Below, in pieces: positions 35,427 to 43,798 of a stretch of 43,798 nucleotides of DNA; positions within the stretch are counted from its first letter, which is position 1; each line of letters begins with the position of its first letter. Source of the stretch: a virus (lineage: Duplodnaviria > Caudoviricetes); IMG/VR virus record IMGVR_UViG_3300017658_000002, positions 1-43,798 of that record; one strand, written 5' to 3'. The translations under genes were made by a program, and so were the position numbers. The notes under the pieces were generated by a model, which searched no databases, was not told the origin of the DNA, and saw only the letters and a list, made by a program, of their open reading frames with translations.

Positions 35427-35926
35427 CCCATTTCGACGAATACGACCAGGACCTCGGCCGCCGGCGCCCCAAGCGCGACCGCCAGCCGCTTGTCACGCCA
35501 CCGCCCCGGCAGTTCTGGGACGGCGCCCACGCGATCTGCCCGTACTGCCAGGGCAAGGCCCTACTGGTCCAGTTCAAAGACCCCGGCTACCCGTACGCAC
35601 GCGACTGGGGCCAGGTGTGGGCCTGCCCATGTCCAGCCAAGGCTTACGTTGGTGTGCATCGCGGTACCAACATCCCCCTAGGCCGCCTGGCCGATGCCGA
35701 CCTGCGCAATGCACGTCGGGCTGCGCACGCCGCATTCGACCCGCTGTGGCAACGGCGCGCGGATCGCGGACAGCAGCAAATCCTTGCCCGCACCGACGAG
35801 TACCGCAAACTCGCCCGGGCGCTGGGCATCCCGGCACGGGAATGTCACATCGGCTGGTTCGATGTTGAGCAGTGCGAGCGCGTTACGCACTATGCCGCAT
35901 CGACTGATTTCGAGGCGCTGGCATGA
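35423..35926 (+). CDS. DUF3268-like zinc-finger protein
   Basis: CPYC...C.C..AYVGVH.GT..PLGRLAD..LR..R..AH..FDPLW, CHIGWFD. Confidence 0.75.
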   Translation: MTHFDEYDQDLGRRRPKRDRQPLVTPPPRQFWDGAHAICPYCQGKALLVQFKDPGYPYARDWGQVWACPCPAKAYVGVHRGTNIPLGRLADADLRNARRAAHAAFDPLWQRRADRGQQQILARTDEYRKLARALGIPARECHIGWFDVEQCERVTHYAASTDFEALA

Positions 35927-38013
35927 CCATCTTGTGGCTTGATCTTGAGACGTTTTCCGAAGTGCCGATTACCCACGGCGTGCACGCCTATGCCGAAAAG
36001 GCTGAAGTGATGCTGTTCGCCTGGGCAATCGACGACGGCCCTGTATCGGTGTGGGATTGCACCCTGAACGACAAGGGCGTCGTCCGCGTACCGATTGATC
36101 TACTCGAAGCACTGGAAGACCCCGAAGTGCTGATCTACGCCCACAACAGCGGGTTCGACCGCACCATTTTGCGGCACGCCGCCCCCTGCAAGGCGGCAAA
36201 ACCAGCCGCCGAAGACGTGTACCGCTGGCGCGACACGATGGTACGGGCGCTGGCCCACGGCCTGCCCGGCGCGCTGGGTACGCTTTGCGAAGTGCTGAAG
36301 ATCGACACCGACAAGGCGAAGGACAAAGAAGGCCGCCAGTTGATCATGCTGTTCTGCAAGCCGCGCCCGGCCAACAGCGCGATACGCCGCGCCACCCGCC
36401 TGACGCACCCGGCCGAGTGGGCCAAGTTCATGACGTACGCCGGACAGGACATTGAAGCCATGCGGGCCATCGATAAAATCCTGCCCGAGTGGAACTACAA
36501 GGGCGCCGAACTGGACTTGTGGCACTTGGATCAGCGCATCAACGACCGTGGCGTGGCCGTCGATGTAGAGTTGGCCAACGCGGCCATCACCACCGTCGAG
36601 CGCGAACAGAAGACCCTGGCCAAGCGTACGCAGGAATTGACCGATAACGAGGTGCAGAAAGCCACCCAGCGTGACGCCATGCTGGTGCATATTCTGGATG
36701 CCTATGGTGTGACGCTGCCCGACATGCAGCAATCGACGCTTGAACGGCGCGTCAACGACCCCGACTTGCCGGCGCCGTTGCGCGAACTACTGGCCATCCG
36801 GCTGCAGGCCAGCACGTCCAGTACTTCAAAGTACAAAACCCTGATTAAAGGTGTTAGCAGCGACGACCGATTACGCGGCACGTTGCAGTTTTGTGGCGCC
36901 AGCCGTACCGGCCGCTGGTCCGGCCGCATGTTCCAGCCACAGAATCTACCCCGGCCCACGCTCAAGCAACCCGATATCGACTTCGGCATTGAAGCGCTGA
37001 AAGCCGATTGCGCCGACCTTGTGGTGGGCAACGTCATGCAACTGACCAGTAGCGCCATACGCGGCGCAATCGTCGCCCCCGACGGCAAGAAGCTGGTGAT
37101 TGCCGACTTGGCCAACATTGAAGGCCGCATGCTTGCATGGCTGGCGGGCGAGGACTGGAAGCTGCAGGCATTCCGCGACTACGACGCCGGTACCGGTCCG
37201 GACCTTTACAAGCTGGCCTACGCCAAGGCATTCGGTGTAGACCCCGACACGGTCGTCGGCGATCAACGGCAAATCGGCAAGGTCAAGGAATTAATGCTGG
37301 GCTATGAGGGCGGCGTCGGCGCGTATATCACCGGGGCGGCAACCTACCGCATCGACTTGGAAGCCATGGCCGAATACGCCATCGACACCATCCCCGCCGA
37401 AATCAAGCAGGAAGCTTTGCGCGCCTTCGAATGGGCCGAGAAAAGGCGCCGTACCTTCGGCCTATCAAAGCGGGCCTATGTGGTGTGCGACTCGTTCAAG
37501 CGCTTGTGGCGCAACTCCAACCCGGAAATCGCCAGCTGGTGGAAGGAAGTCGAAAGCAATGCCGCCGCCGCCATCATGAGGCCTGGCGTCACGCGCACCT
37601 GCCGGCGCGTGAAGATGCGCCGCGACGGCAACTGGCTGCGCATTGCGCTGCCCTCGGGCCGGGCGCTGTGCTACCCCAGTCCCCAGGTCGATGATCAGGG
37701 CAAGATCAGCTACATGGGTATGAACCAGTACAGCCGCAAGTGGCAGCGCCTGAAAACCTACGGCGGCAAGTTGGTGGAAAACATCACCCAGGCCGCCGCC
37801 CGCGACATCATGGCTGCCGCCATGCCCGCCATCGAGGCCGCCGGCTACCAGATCGTGCTGTCTGTGCACGACGAATTCATCACCGAGACCCCCGACACCG
37901 ACGACTACAGCAGCGACCACCTGGCCGCGCTGATGTCGGCCAATCCCCCCTGGGCCGAAGGTCTGCCACTGGCGGCCGCTGGCTTTGAAACCTACCGCTA
38001 TAGGAAAGACTGA
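35923..38013 (+). CDS. Family A DNA polymerase with 3'-5' exonuclease
   Basis: DLET, AHNSGFD, TGRWS, motif A DLANIEGR, motif B RQIGK..ELMLGY, motif C VHDE. Confidence 0.95.
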   Translation: MTILWLDLETFSEVPITHGVHAYAEKAEVMLFAWAIDDGPVSVWDCTLNDKGVVRVPIDLLEALEDPEVLIYAHNSGFDRTILRHAAPCKAAKPAAEDVYRWRDTMVRALAHGLPGALGTLCEVLKIDTDKAKDKEGRQLIMLFCKPRPANSAIRRATRLTHPAEWAKFMTYAGQDIEAMRAIDKILPEWNYKGAELDLWHLDQRINDRGVAVDVELANAAITTVEREQKTLAKRTQELTDNEVQKATQRDAMLVHILDAYGVTLPDMQQSTLERRVNDPDLPAPLRELLAIRLQASTSSTSKYKTLIKGVSSDDRLRGTLQFCGASRTGRWSGRMFQPQNLPRPTLKQPDIDFGIEALKADCADLVVGNVMQLTSSAIRGAIVAPDGKKLVIADLANIEGRMLAWLAGEDWKLQAFRDYDAGTGPDLYKLAYAKAFGVDPDTVVGDQRQIGKVKELMLGYEGGVGAYITGAATYRIDLEAMAEYAIDTIPAEIKQEALRAFEWAEKRRRTFGLSKRAYVVCDSFKRLWRNSNPEIASWWKEVESNAAAAIMRPGVTRTCRRVKMRRDGNWLRIALPSGRALCYPSPQVDDQGKISYMGMNQYSRKWQRLKTYGGKLVENITQAAARDIMAAAMPAIEAAGYQIVLSVHDEFITETPDTDDYSSDHLAALMSANPPWAEGLPLAAAGFETYRYRKD

Positions 38014-38014
38014 T

Positions 38015-38635
38015 ATGGACTATCAAGTAACGTTCCCTCTGCGCTATCTGCAGGCTGCGCGGCTGATCGCGCCGAAGAAAGACATTCGACAATACCTGAT
38101 GGGTGTCGCTGTTTCCCAGGGCCACGTCGTCGGCTGCGACGGCCACATGGTTGGCGCAATCCGCTGCGAAGCAGCCGACGGCCTGCCGGAAGTGATCACC
38201 CCCAACGACCAGATCGACTTCTACTTAAAAAAGATCAAAGGCTGGGCGGGCGAGGACGTAACCATCGAGTGGGGCGAGGACCGCAAGGGCCGGATCACGA
38301 ACGGCATCATCGAAGAACAGTTTGTCGCATACGACGGGCGTTACCCCGACTTCCAGCGTGTTCTGGTTCACCACACAAAGCCCGCTGGCAATCCGCAATT
38401 CCAGTGGCACAAGCTGGTGACGTTCGAGAAGGTTGCCGAAGCGCTTGGCGTGGGCAGGAGGGACGAGCATAAAGCCTATCTGCTGCCCGACGGAAACGAG
38501 AATGCTGCTCGCGTCATCATCCCCGATCACCCGGAGTTTCAGGGGGCGATCATGCCCTTGCGCTCCAAGTTCCTAGGGCCGTCCATTCGGCTGATCGGCG
38601 CAAATACTGTTGAGACGGCGGAGGACCTGGTATGA
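38015..38635 (+). CDS. Beta sliding-clamp-like protein
   Basis: KDIRQYLMGV...GCDGH, DGRYPDFQRV and IMPLR motifs resemble DnaN domains; start re-called to ATG 38015. Confidence 0.65.
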   Translation: MDYQVTFPLRYLQAARLIAPKKDIRQYLMGVAVSQGHVVGCDGHMVGAIRCEAADGLPEVITPNDQIDFYLKKIKGWAGEDVTIEWGEDRKGRITNGIIEEQFVAYDGRYPDFQRVLVHHTKPAGNPQFQWHKLVTFEKVAEALGVGRRDEHKAYLLPDGNENAARVIIPDHPEFQGAIMPLRSKFLGPSIRLIGANTVETAEDLV

Positions 38636-38739
38636 CCCGCGTCCGTTCCTTCCTAAAATTCATCAAGTTCTACCGCAGCCTGGGCCATGGTCGTTTCGAC
38701 GCCCTGCGCCGGGCGTGGGGGATGGCCCGCCATGCGTGA
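38632..38739 (+). CDS. Putative 35-aa basic microprotein
   Basis: MTRVRSFLKFIKFYRSLGHGRFDALRRAWGMARHA; GGAGG SD, overlaps both neighbours. Confidence 0.5.
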   Translation: MTRVRSFLKFIKFYRSLGHGRFDALRRAWGMARHA

Positions 38740-39016
38740 GTCCAAAGTCGAAGCGCACCTGGTCAAGCGCGTAAAGGCCATGGGCGGCGAAGTCCGTAAG
38801 GTCAAGTGGATCGGTCGCCGTGGCGCCCCCGACCGCTTGGTGATGCTGCCCGACGTGCTGTTCTGGGTCGAAACCAAGGCCCCTGACGGGTTCCTGGAGC
38901 CTCACCAGGCACGTGAGCACGACCGCATGCGCGCCATGGGACAGGTCGTGCACGTTGCCTACACCATAGAAGCCATCGATTCGCTGATGAACCAGTACGG
39001 GAGGGCGCCGACATGA
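38732..39016 (+). CDS. VRR-NUC nuclease
   Basis: MRESKVE...GRRGAPDRLV...WVETKAP...Q. Confidence 0.85.
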   Translation: MRESKVEAHLVKRVKAMGGEVRKVKWIGRRGAPDRLVMLPDVLFWVETKAPDGFLEPHQAREHDRMRAMGQVVHVAYTIEAIDSLMNQYGRAPT

Positions 39017-39441
39017 ACTGCACCGTCAAGGACTGCCAGTCTCCCGCACGCTGCAAGGGTTTGTGCAACAAACACTACCACGTCTTAAAGCAGGAACGAC
39101 GAAAGAAGCCATGCGCTTGCGGCTGTGGCGAACTGACCGCCTATACATACAAGCACGGGCACCATACTCGTTTGTTTACTTCCGAAGAACAACGCCGCCG
39201 GGGGCGCATGAACGACGGTTCAGCGCTCCGCGATACAGGCGAAGGTAAAACGTACAGAAAGGTCGGCCAGCGGCACGAGCATCGAGCTGTCGCCGAGCAA
39301 AAACTAGGCCGAAAACTGCTTCCCGGCGAGATAGTCCACCACCGCAACGGAAACAAGCGCGATAACCGGCCCAAGAATCTCGAAGTCATGACACAGGCGG
39401 ACCATGCGCGCCTCCATATGCTGGAGAGATACGCCAGATGA
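39013..39441 (+). CDS. HNH endonuclease
   Basis: EHRAVAE...EIVHHRNGNKRDNRPKNLE...H; N-terminal Cys clusters. Confidence 0.85.
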   Translation: MNCTVKDCQSPARCKGLCNKHYHVLKQERRKKPCACGCGELTAYTYKHGHHTRLFTSEEQRRRGRMNDGSALRDTGEGKTYRKVGQRHEHRAVAEQKLGRKLLPGEIVHHRNGNKRDNRPKNLEVMTQADHARLHMLERYAR

Positions 39442-40832
39442 TCGCCCGCCGCGACTTCGTCCCTCATCCATATCAGAACCACATCGTTGCGCACCAGCTG
39501 GACCTGCTGCGGGGCGCTATCTATGCTGGCATGGGGCTGGGCAAGACAGTTTCGACATTGGTGTCGCTGGACATTCTCGAACTGGTCGAGCCCGGCCCCA
39601 CGCTGGTGCTGGCCCCCCTGCGCGTGGCCGCCAGCACCTGGCCCGACGAGGCCCTGAAGTGGAGCAACCTGCGCAATGTCGAGGTGTCTGCCGTCGTCGG
39701 TACCGCCCAGCAGCGCAAGGCCGCGCTGCGCAAGCCAGCCAACGTCTTCACCATCAACTACGACAACCTGCCGTGGCTGCTAGAGACCCTGGGCGGCAAG
39801 TGGCCCTTCCGCAAGGTCGTGGCCGACGAATCCACACGTCTGAAATCGTTCCGCCTGCGCCAGGGCGGCAAGCGCGCCCAGGCCTTGGCCAAGGTCGCGC
39901 ACAGCAAGGTAAGCCGGTTCATTGAGCTCACGGGCACGCCCAGCCCCAACGGCCTGCAGGATCTGTGGGGCCAAATGTGGTTCATCGACCGAGGCGAGCG
40001 CCTGGGCCGCACCTACGAGGCGTTCAAGCAACGCTGGTTCCAGGCCGTGCCCGGCGGCGACGGCTACAGCCAGATCAAGCCGCTGCCCTACGCCCAGCAG
40101 CAGATACAAGACGCCGTGCGCGACGTGTGCCTGTCGTTGGATGCCCGCGACTGGTTCGACATCGCTGAGCCAATCGTCAGTGTAGTGCGCGTGCCGCTGC
40201 CGGCCAAGGCCCGCAACCTGTACCGCAGCATGGAGCGGGAAATGTTCATGGCGCTGGATTGCGGTGCGGAAATCGAAGCCTTCAGCGCGGCGTCCAAGAC
40301 CATCAAGTGCCTGCAACTGGCCAGCGGCGCGGTCTACACCGACGAGACGGCCACCACCTGGTCAGAGGTGCACGACGGCAAGCTGCAGGCCCTCGAGTCC
40401 ATTATCGAAGAAGCCGCCGGCATGCCGGTGCTGGTTGCCTATCACTTCAAAAGCGACCTGGCCCGGCTGTTGAAAGCCTTCCCCAAGGGTCGCCACCTGG
40501 ACAAAAACCCACAAACGATCCGCGACTGGAACGCCGGGAAGATCCCGGTGCTGTTTGCCCACCCGGCCAGCGCCGGCCACGGCCTGAACCTGCAGGACGG
40601 CGGCAACATCCTGGTGTTTTTTTCTCACTGGTGGGATCTGGAGCAATTCCAGCAGATCATCGAACGCATTGGCCCCACGCGCCAGCTGCAGGCCGGGCAC
40701 GACCGCCCCGTATTCATCTATCACATTGTGGCCACCGACACGGTGGACGAAATCGTTATGGCACGTCGCGAATCCAAGCGTGAGGTGCAAGACCTGTTGC
40801 TCGAAGCCATGAAAAGGAGGCACACCCTATGA
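39438..40832 (+). CDS. SNF2-family helicase
   Basis: GMGLGKT, VADES, LTGTP, SAGHGLNLQ, ERIGPTRQ. Confidence 0.9.
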   Translation: MIARRDFVPHPYQNHIVAHQLDLLRGAIYAGMGLGKTVSTLVSLDILELVEPGPTLVLAPLRVAASTWPDEALKWSNLRNVEVSAVVGTAQQRKAALRKPANVFTINYDNLPWLLETLGGKWPFRKVVADESTRLKSFRLRQGGKRAQALAKVAHSKVSRFIELTGTPSPNGLQDLWGQMWFIDRGERLGRTYEAFKQRWFQAVPGGDGYSQIKPLPYAQQQIQDAVRDVCLSLDARDWFDIAEPIVSVVRVPLPAKARNLYRSMEREMFMALDCGAEIEAFSAASKTIKCLQLASGAVYTDETATTWSEVHDGKLQALESIIEEAAGMPVLVAYHFKSDLARLLKAFPKGRHLDKNPQTIRDWNAGKIPVLFAHPASAGHGLNLQDGGNILVFFSHWWDLEQFQQIIERIGPTRQLQAGHDRPVFIYHIVATDTVDEIVMARRESKREVQDLLLEAMKRRHTL

Positions 40833-41071
40833 ACCACGATGCCATAGCCGTGCAAATCTGCCGTGGTGCCGGCCTGCCGGACGACAAGATTGACGCCCTG
40901 CTTACCCGCCTGACGGCCAAGCCCACCGCCCCCGCACGTCCAGCGTTTACCGGGCGCGACCTGTACAAGGCGCACGCCCTGATGCGCTTCCCGCCGCTGC
41001 CCGAGTGGTGCGAACTGGACGACATCGAGCAGGCCGACTGGAACCGGCGGGCCAAGGAGTGCCAGCTATGA
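40829..41071 (+). CDS. Hypothetical protein
   Basis: AGGAGG SD; ATGA overlaps on both sides. Confidence 0.65.
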   Translation: MNHDAIAVQICRGAGLPDDKIDALLTRLTAKPTAPARPAFTGRDLYKAHALMRFPPLPEWCELDDIEQADWNRRAKECQL

Positions 41072-41295
41072 CAACGCCCGATATTTTCCTGTCACCCGAA
41101 GAACTCGAAAGCCTTACGCGGCGCAAGCGCTGTGATGCCCAGGTACGAGCGCTGCGCTTCATGGGCATCGAGCATAAGGTACGGGCCGATAAAACGGTCG
41201 CCGTGCTGCGCGAGCATGTACGCGAGGTGTTCGGCGTTGTACCTGGCAGCGCCCAGACCGAGAAGGAAATCGAACCCGACTGGAGCGCGATCTAA
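41068..41295 (+). CDS. DUF4224-like excisionase candidate
   Basis: FLSPEEL..LT....AQ.RAL..MGI.H..R.D...V; directly upstream of int. Confidence 0.7.
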   Translation: MTTPDIFLSPEELESLTRRKRCDAQVRALRFMGIEHKVRADKTVAVLREHVREVFGVVPGSAQTEKEIEPDWSAI

Positions 41296-42416
41296 TGGTC
41301 AGGAAAAGAAAGCCCCACAACCGAGGCTTGCCCAGTCGGTGGATGTTCCAGCACGGCGCCTACTATTACCGCGTGCCCCCCGGCAACGAGGCGCTGTGGG
41401 ATGGCAAGCAGACTTTCCGCCTGGGCAAGACTCTGCCCGAGGCATATAAAGAGTGGGCGAACCGGCTGGAGAACCAGATCAACGTGCGCACAGTCGGCGA
41501 CCTGCTGGACCGCTACGCGCTTGAGGTGGTGCCCGCCAAGGCTGTCAGCACCCACGAGCAGCAGGCTATCTGGATTAAGCAGTTGCATGCGGTCTTCGGC
41601 AAACTGCCGCTGAACGCGGTCAAGCCCTCCCTGGTGTATCGGTACGTGGATCAACGTAGCGTGAAGAAACCCGAGACTTTCACCACGAAGGCCGGGAAAG
41701 AAGTCACGCGTATGCGTGGGGGCCGTGTGACGGCCCTGCGCGAAAAGGAAGTGCTGTCGCACGCCTTTACGAAGGCTGTGGCCTGGGGTTACATCGACCG
41801 GCACCCATTCAAGGGCGAACTCGAATTGGAAGGAACCGGGCCGCGAGACCGCTACGTGGAAGACTGGGAAGTGGTCGAATGCCTGGCCATGCCATCCAGG
41901 CGCAAGAAAGGCAGCGTGCTGGCCATCCAGGCGTACATGCGCATCAAGCTGATGACCGGCATGGCGCGGTCTGACCTGCTGCGCCTGCAGCCCGCCAAAC
42001 ACTTTAACGATGACGGCATCCAGATCCAGCGACACAAGACCGCCGGCAGCAGCGGCAAGCGTACCCTTTATCGCTGGACGCCGGAACTGCGCGCGGCCTG
42101 CCAAGTTGCGGTGTCGGTCCGGCCGGCACTGTCGCCGTTCCTCTTCTGCAATCGGTACGGCCAGGGCTATATTGACGAAGAAACGGGCAAAGCACACGGC
42201 TGGGACAGCATGTGGCAGCGCTTCATGGAGCGCGTTTTGTCCGAAACCAAGGTGTCGGAATCCTTTACCGAGCACGACCTACGCGCGAAATGCGCGTCAG
42301 ACGCCAAGACGCTGGAGCACGCCCGGGCGCTCCTGGCCCACGCCGACGCCCGCACCACCGATGCAATTTACCGGCGCCGGCCGGAAGAAGTTACACCACT
42401 CAAGGGGATAGGCTGA
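41295..42416 (+). CDS. int: Tyrosine integrase
   Basis: TGMAR, HKT, HDLRAK, LAH, IYRR catalytic residues; adjacent to attP. Confidence 0.9.
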   Translation: MVRKRKPHNRGLPSRWMFQHGAYYYRVPPGNEALWDGKQTFRLGKTLPEAYKEWANRLENQINVRTVGDLLDRYALEVVPAKAVSTHEQQAIWIKQLHAVFGKLPLNAVKPSLVYRYVDQRSVKKPETFTTKAGKEVTRMRGGRVTALREKEVLSHAFTKAVAWGYIDRHPFKGELELEGTGPRDRYVEDWEVVECLAMPSRRKKGSVLAIQAYMRIKLMTGMARSDLLRLQPAKHFNDDGIQIQRHKTAGSSGKRTLYRWTPELRAACQVAVSVRPALSPFLFCNRYGQGYIDEETGKAHGWDSMWQRFMERVLSETKVSESFTEHDLRAKCASDAKTLEHARALLAHADARTTDAIYRRRPEEVTPLKGIG

Positions 42417-42562
42417 TGGAACAACACCGAAAAGACCGTATCAAATGGGAAATCAGACAAGCGGTGCGCGACGTGCGCAAAAACTGGTGGATCTATCTGC
42501 TGCTTCTGGCGTCCATTTTTCTAAGCGGCGGCCCGTTTCTACGGTCTTTTATATGGGCCTGA
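42416..42562 (+). CDS. Putative 48-aa membrane protein
   Basis: TGATG-coupled to int; hydrophobic WWIYLLLLASIFL. Confidence 0.5.
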   Translation: MEQHRKDRIKWEIRQAVRDVRKNWWIYLLLLASIFLSGGPFLRSFIWA

Positions 42563-42608
42563 AGCAGAATTCAATGATACAGCGTCGCTTCAATGATACA
42601 AACGGGAA

Positions 42609-42630
42609 GGGGCTTCCTCTCGGAAGCCCC
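42609..42630. terminator. Hairpin terminator next to the attP core
   Basis: GGGGCTTCC-TCTC-GGAAGCCCC; lies 3' of the tRNA fragment. Confidence 0.65.
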
Positions 42631-42636
42631 TAAATT

Positions 42637-42685
42637 TGGCGCGGCTGGCAGGATTCGAACCCACGACCCCTTGGTTCGTAGCCAA
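42637..42685 (-). other. attP core: 3' half of tRNA-Arg(ACG)
   Basis: Reverse complement TTGGCT-ACG-AACCAAGGGGTCGTGGGTTCGAATCCTGCCAGCCGCGCCA gives anticodon arm, T-arm and CCA; 5' half absent. Confidence 0.9.
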
Positions 42686-42815
42686 ACGTACTAAGACCCG
42701 GTTTCTTTAATAGAATCAAAGTACTAAGCCCGGCTGGCTGTACTATTGATTGCCTTGTACAACCGCTGTAAGTGCTTGATTTTACGTAGGCGGGGCGCTT
42801 TCAATAGTACAGATT

Positions 42816-43274
42816 TTAGGGGCTCGGCGCGGTCAGTTCCCGCACCGCTGCGCGGCACAGGTCTAGCTCATTCTGCATCTTGCTCAAACCGCTTCGGAGG
42901 GCGTGATAAGTTGGTCGAGCAGCGGCAGCAAGTTCGGGGCGGGCTCCGTCGCCCACGCTGGCGTCGGCGGCTTGGGGCACACTGGGGCACGTTGCATTGA
43001 CGTGCAGCCGGACAGAACCAGCATCAACAGCAGCAGCCAGAGCAGCTTCTTTCTCATCACTCAACCTCTCTATTTCTTGGTGCGCCGTTTCCAGGGCCGC
43101 CAGGCGGCTGGCGCTGGCCAGGCTCTCGATCGCAACCTGCGCAGCGTTGTCGTTCTCGGCCTGCTCATAGCCGGCGTCGTATCGAGCGTTGCCGTGCCAA
43201 TTCCATGCGGCGCAGCTGGCGGCAACGAGCACACCGCCGCCCAGGGCGCCGATCAGCGCAAGTCGGATAGACAT
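42816..43274 (-). CDS. Rz-like inner-membrane spanin
   Basis: N-terminal TM, coiled coil, G.VRLHVNATCP motif; follows the endolysin. Confidence 0.85.
   Translation of the reverse strand: MSIRLALIGALGGGVLVAASCAAWNWHGNARYDAGYEQAENDNAAQVAIESLASASRLAALETAHQEIERLSDEKEAALAAAVDAGSVRLHVNATCPSVPQAADASVGDGARPELAAAARPTYHALRSGLSKMQNELDLCRAAVRELTAPSP
42884..43057 (-). CDS. Rz1-like outer-membrane lipoprotein spanin embedded in Rz
   Basis: MRKKLLWLLLLMLVLSGC lipobox followed by Pro-rich CPKPPTPAWA; 57 aa, absent from the ORF track. Confidence 0.85.
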   Translation of the reverse strand: MRKKLLWLLLLMLVLSGCTSMQRAPVCPKPPTPAWATEPAPNLLPLLDQLITPSEAV

Positions 43275-43711
43275 ATTTCCCGCTCCGCCGCCCTACGACG
43301 CTCAAGCCCTCGCAGCTTGCTGCCGCCGGCGTACACCCATCGGGGCAGCTGGTTGCAGGCACCTCGTAGATCGCCCGCCCTCAGCTTGTGCAGCAACGTC
43401 GAACCGCCATAAGCACCTGGCCCGACGTTGTAGACGAAGCTGGTAAGCGCCACACGGACGCTATCGGGCAGTGGACGAGGTACCGAAGCGTCCACCACGG
43501 CGAGTGCCTTGCGAGCTTCCTGCGCGGTAAGCTGATCGCATCTCTGGGGCGTGGCCACGGCGCCCAGTTTCACCCCGTGCGTATAGCCTTCGCAGATCGT
43601 GGGGATGCCGACCGGATCGACATAAGCCACCAAAGACCGACCTTCCCACAGAGCGATCACGCTGACTGCCGCGGTTAGAACGCCGCCAGCGACCTTGGTC
43701 TTAAGATCCAC
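43253..43711 (-). CDS. Endolysin, GH24 lysozyme, probable SAR type
   Basis: E-X8-D-X5-T triad (EGRSLVAYVDPVGIPT), Gly/Ala-rich N-terminal helix, GL.RRR..E. Confidence 0.9.
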   Translation of the reverse strand: MDLKTKVAGGVLTAAVSVIALWEGRSLVAYVDPVGIPTICEGYTHGVKLGAVATPQRCDQLTAQEARKALAVVDASVPRPLPDSVRVALTSFVYNVGPGAYGGSTLLHKLRAGDLRGACNQLPRWVYAGGSKLRGLERRRAAEREICLSDLR

Positions 43712-43798
43712 GGCGCCACCTCACGACACCCGCCAGCCAGTCCACACAGCGCCGGAATATCGGGTTCTTCTCGTACAGTTCAGGCAGCTTGATGGCAA
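43676..43798. repeat. Terminal direct repeat, right copy
   Basis: Identical to 1-123. Confidence 0.95.

Larger units (their letters stand above)
42570..42811. mobile_element. attP region with arm-type repeats and IHF site
   Basis: TTCAATGATACA at 42570 and 42589; TCAATAGTACA at 42739 (inverted) and 42801; IHF consensus at 42769-42781. Confidence 0.7.

Noticed and set aside
42637-42685. Functional tRNA gene
   Set aside because: Only the 3' half is present; D-arm and 5' acceptor strand are missing, so it is an att core.

Overview
The window is an apparently complete temperate podovirus genome of about 43,675 bp, closed as a circle by a 123-bp end overlap. Gene order resembles the BPP-1/epsilon15-like group, and the attP tRNA fragment suggests a Burkholderiales-type host (inference). 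The minus strand carries cro, a primase-helicase, an origin, an HTH regulator, terminases, portal, capsid, tail, ejection proteins, tail fibre/tailspike, an O-acetyltransferase moron and lysis genes. The plus strand carries a repressor and an early operon: DUF2800 nuclease, DUF2815 SSB, RdgC, PolA, a clamp-like protein, VRR-NUC, HNH, SNF2 helicase, Xis-like protein and integrase, followed by attP matching tRNA-Arg(ACG). I see no DGR, reverse transcriptase or CRISPR. The main unexplained signals are: (1) six late promoters in which GTGCACGTA occupies the -35 position 17-18 nt from a -10 box, three of them leaderless, with a stand-alone HTH as candidate reader; (2) a C-terminal A[D/E]DLV tag shared by four unrelated proteins; (3) a 28 x 18-bp combinatorial hexapeptide array; (4) matching terminal motifs among tail proteins and between scaffold and staple; (5) an ADP-ribosyltransferase-like cassette in the large ejected protein. 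All family assignments come from motif recognition by eye, not database searches.
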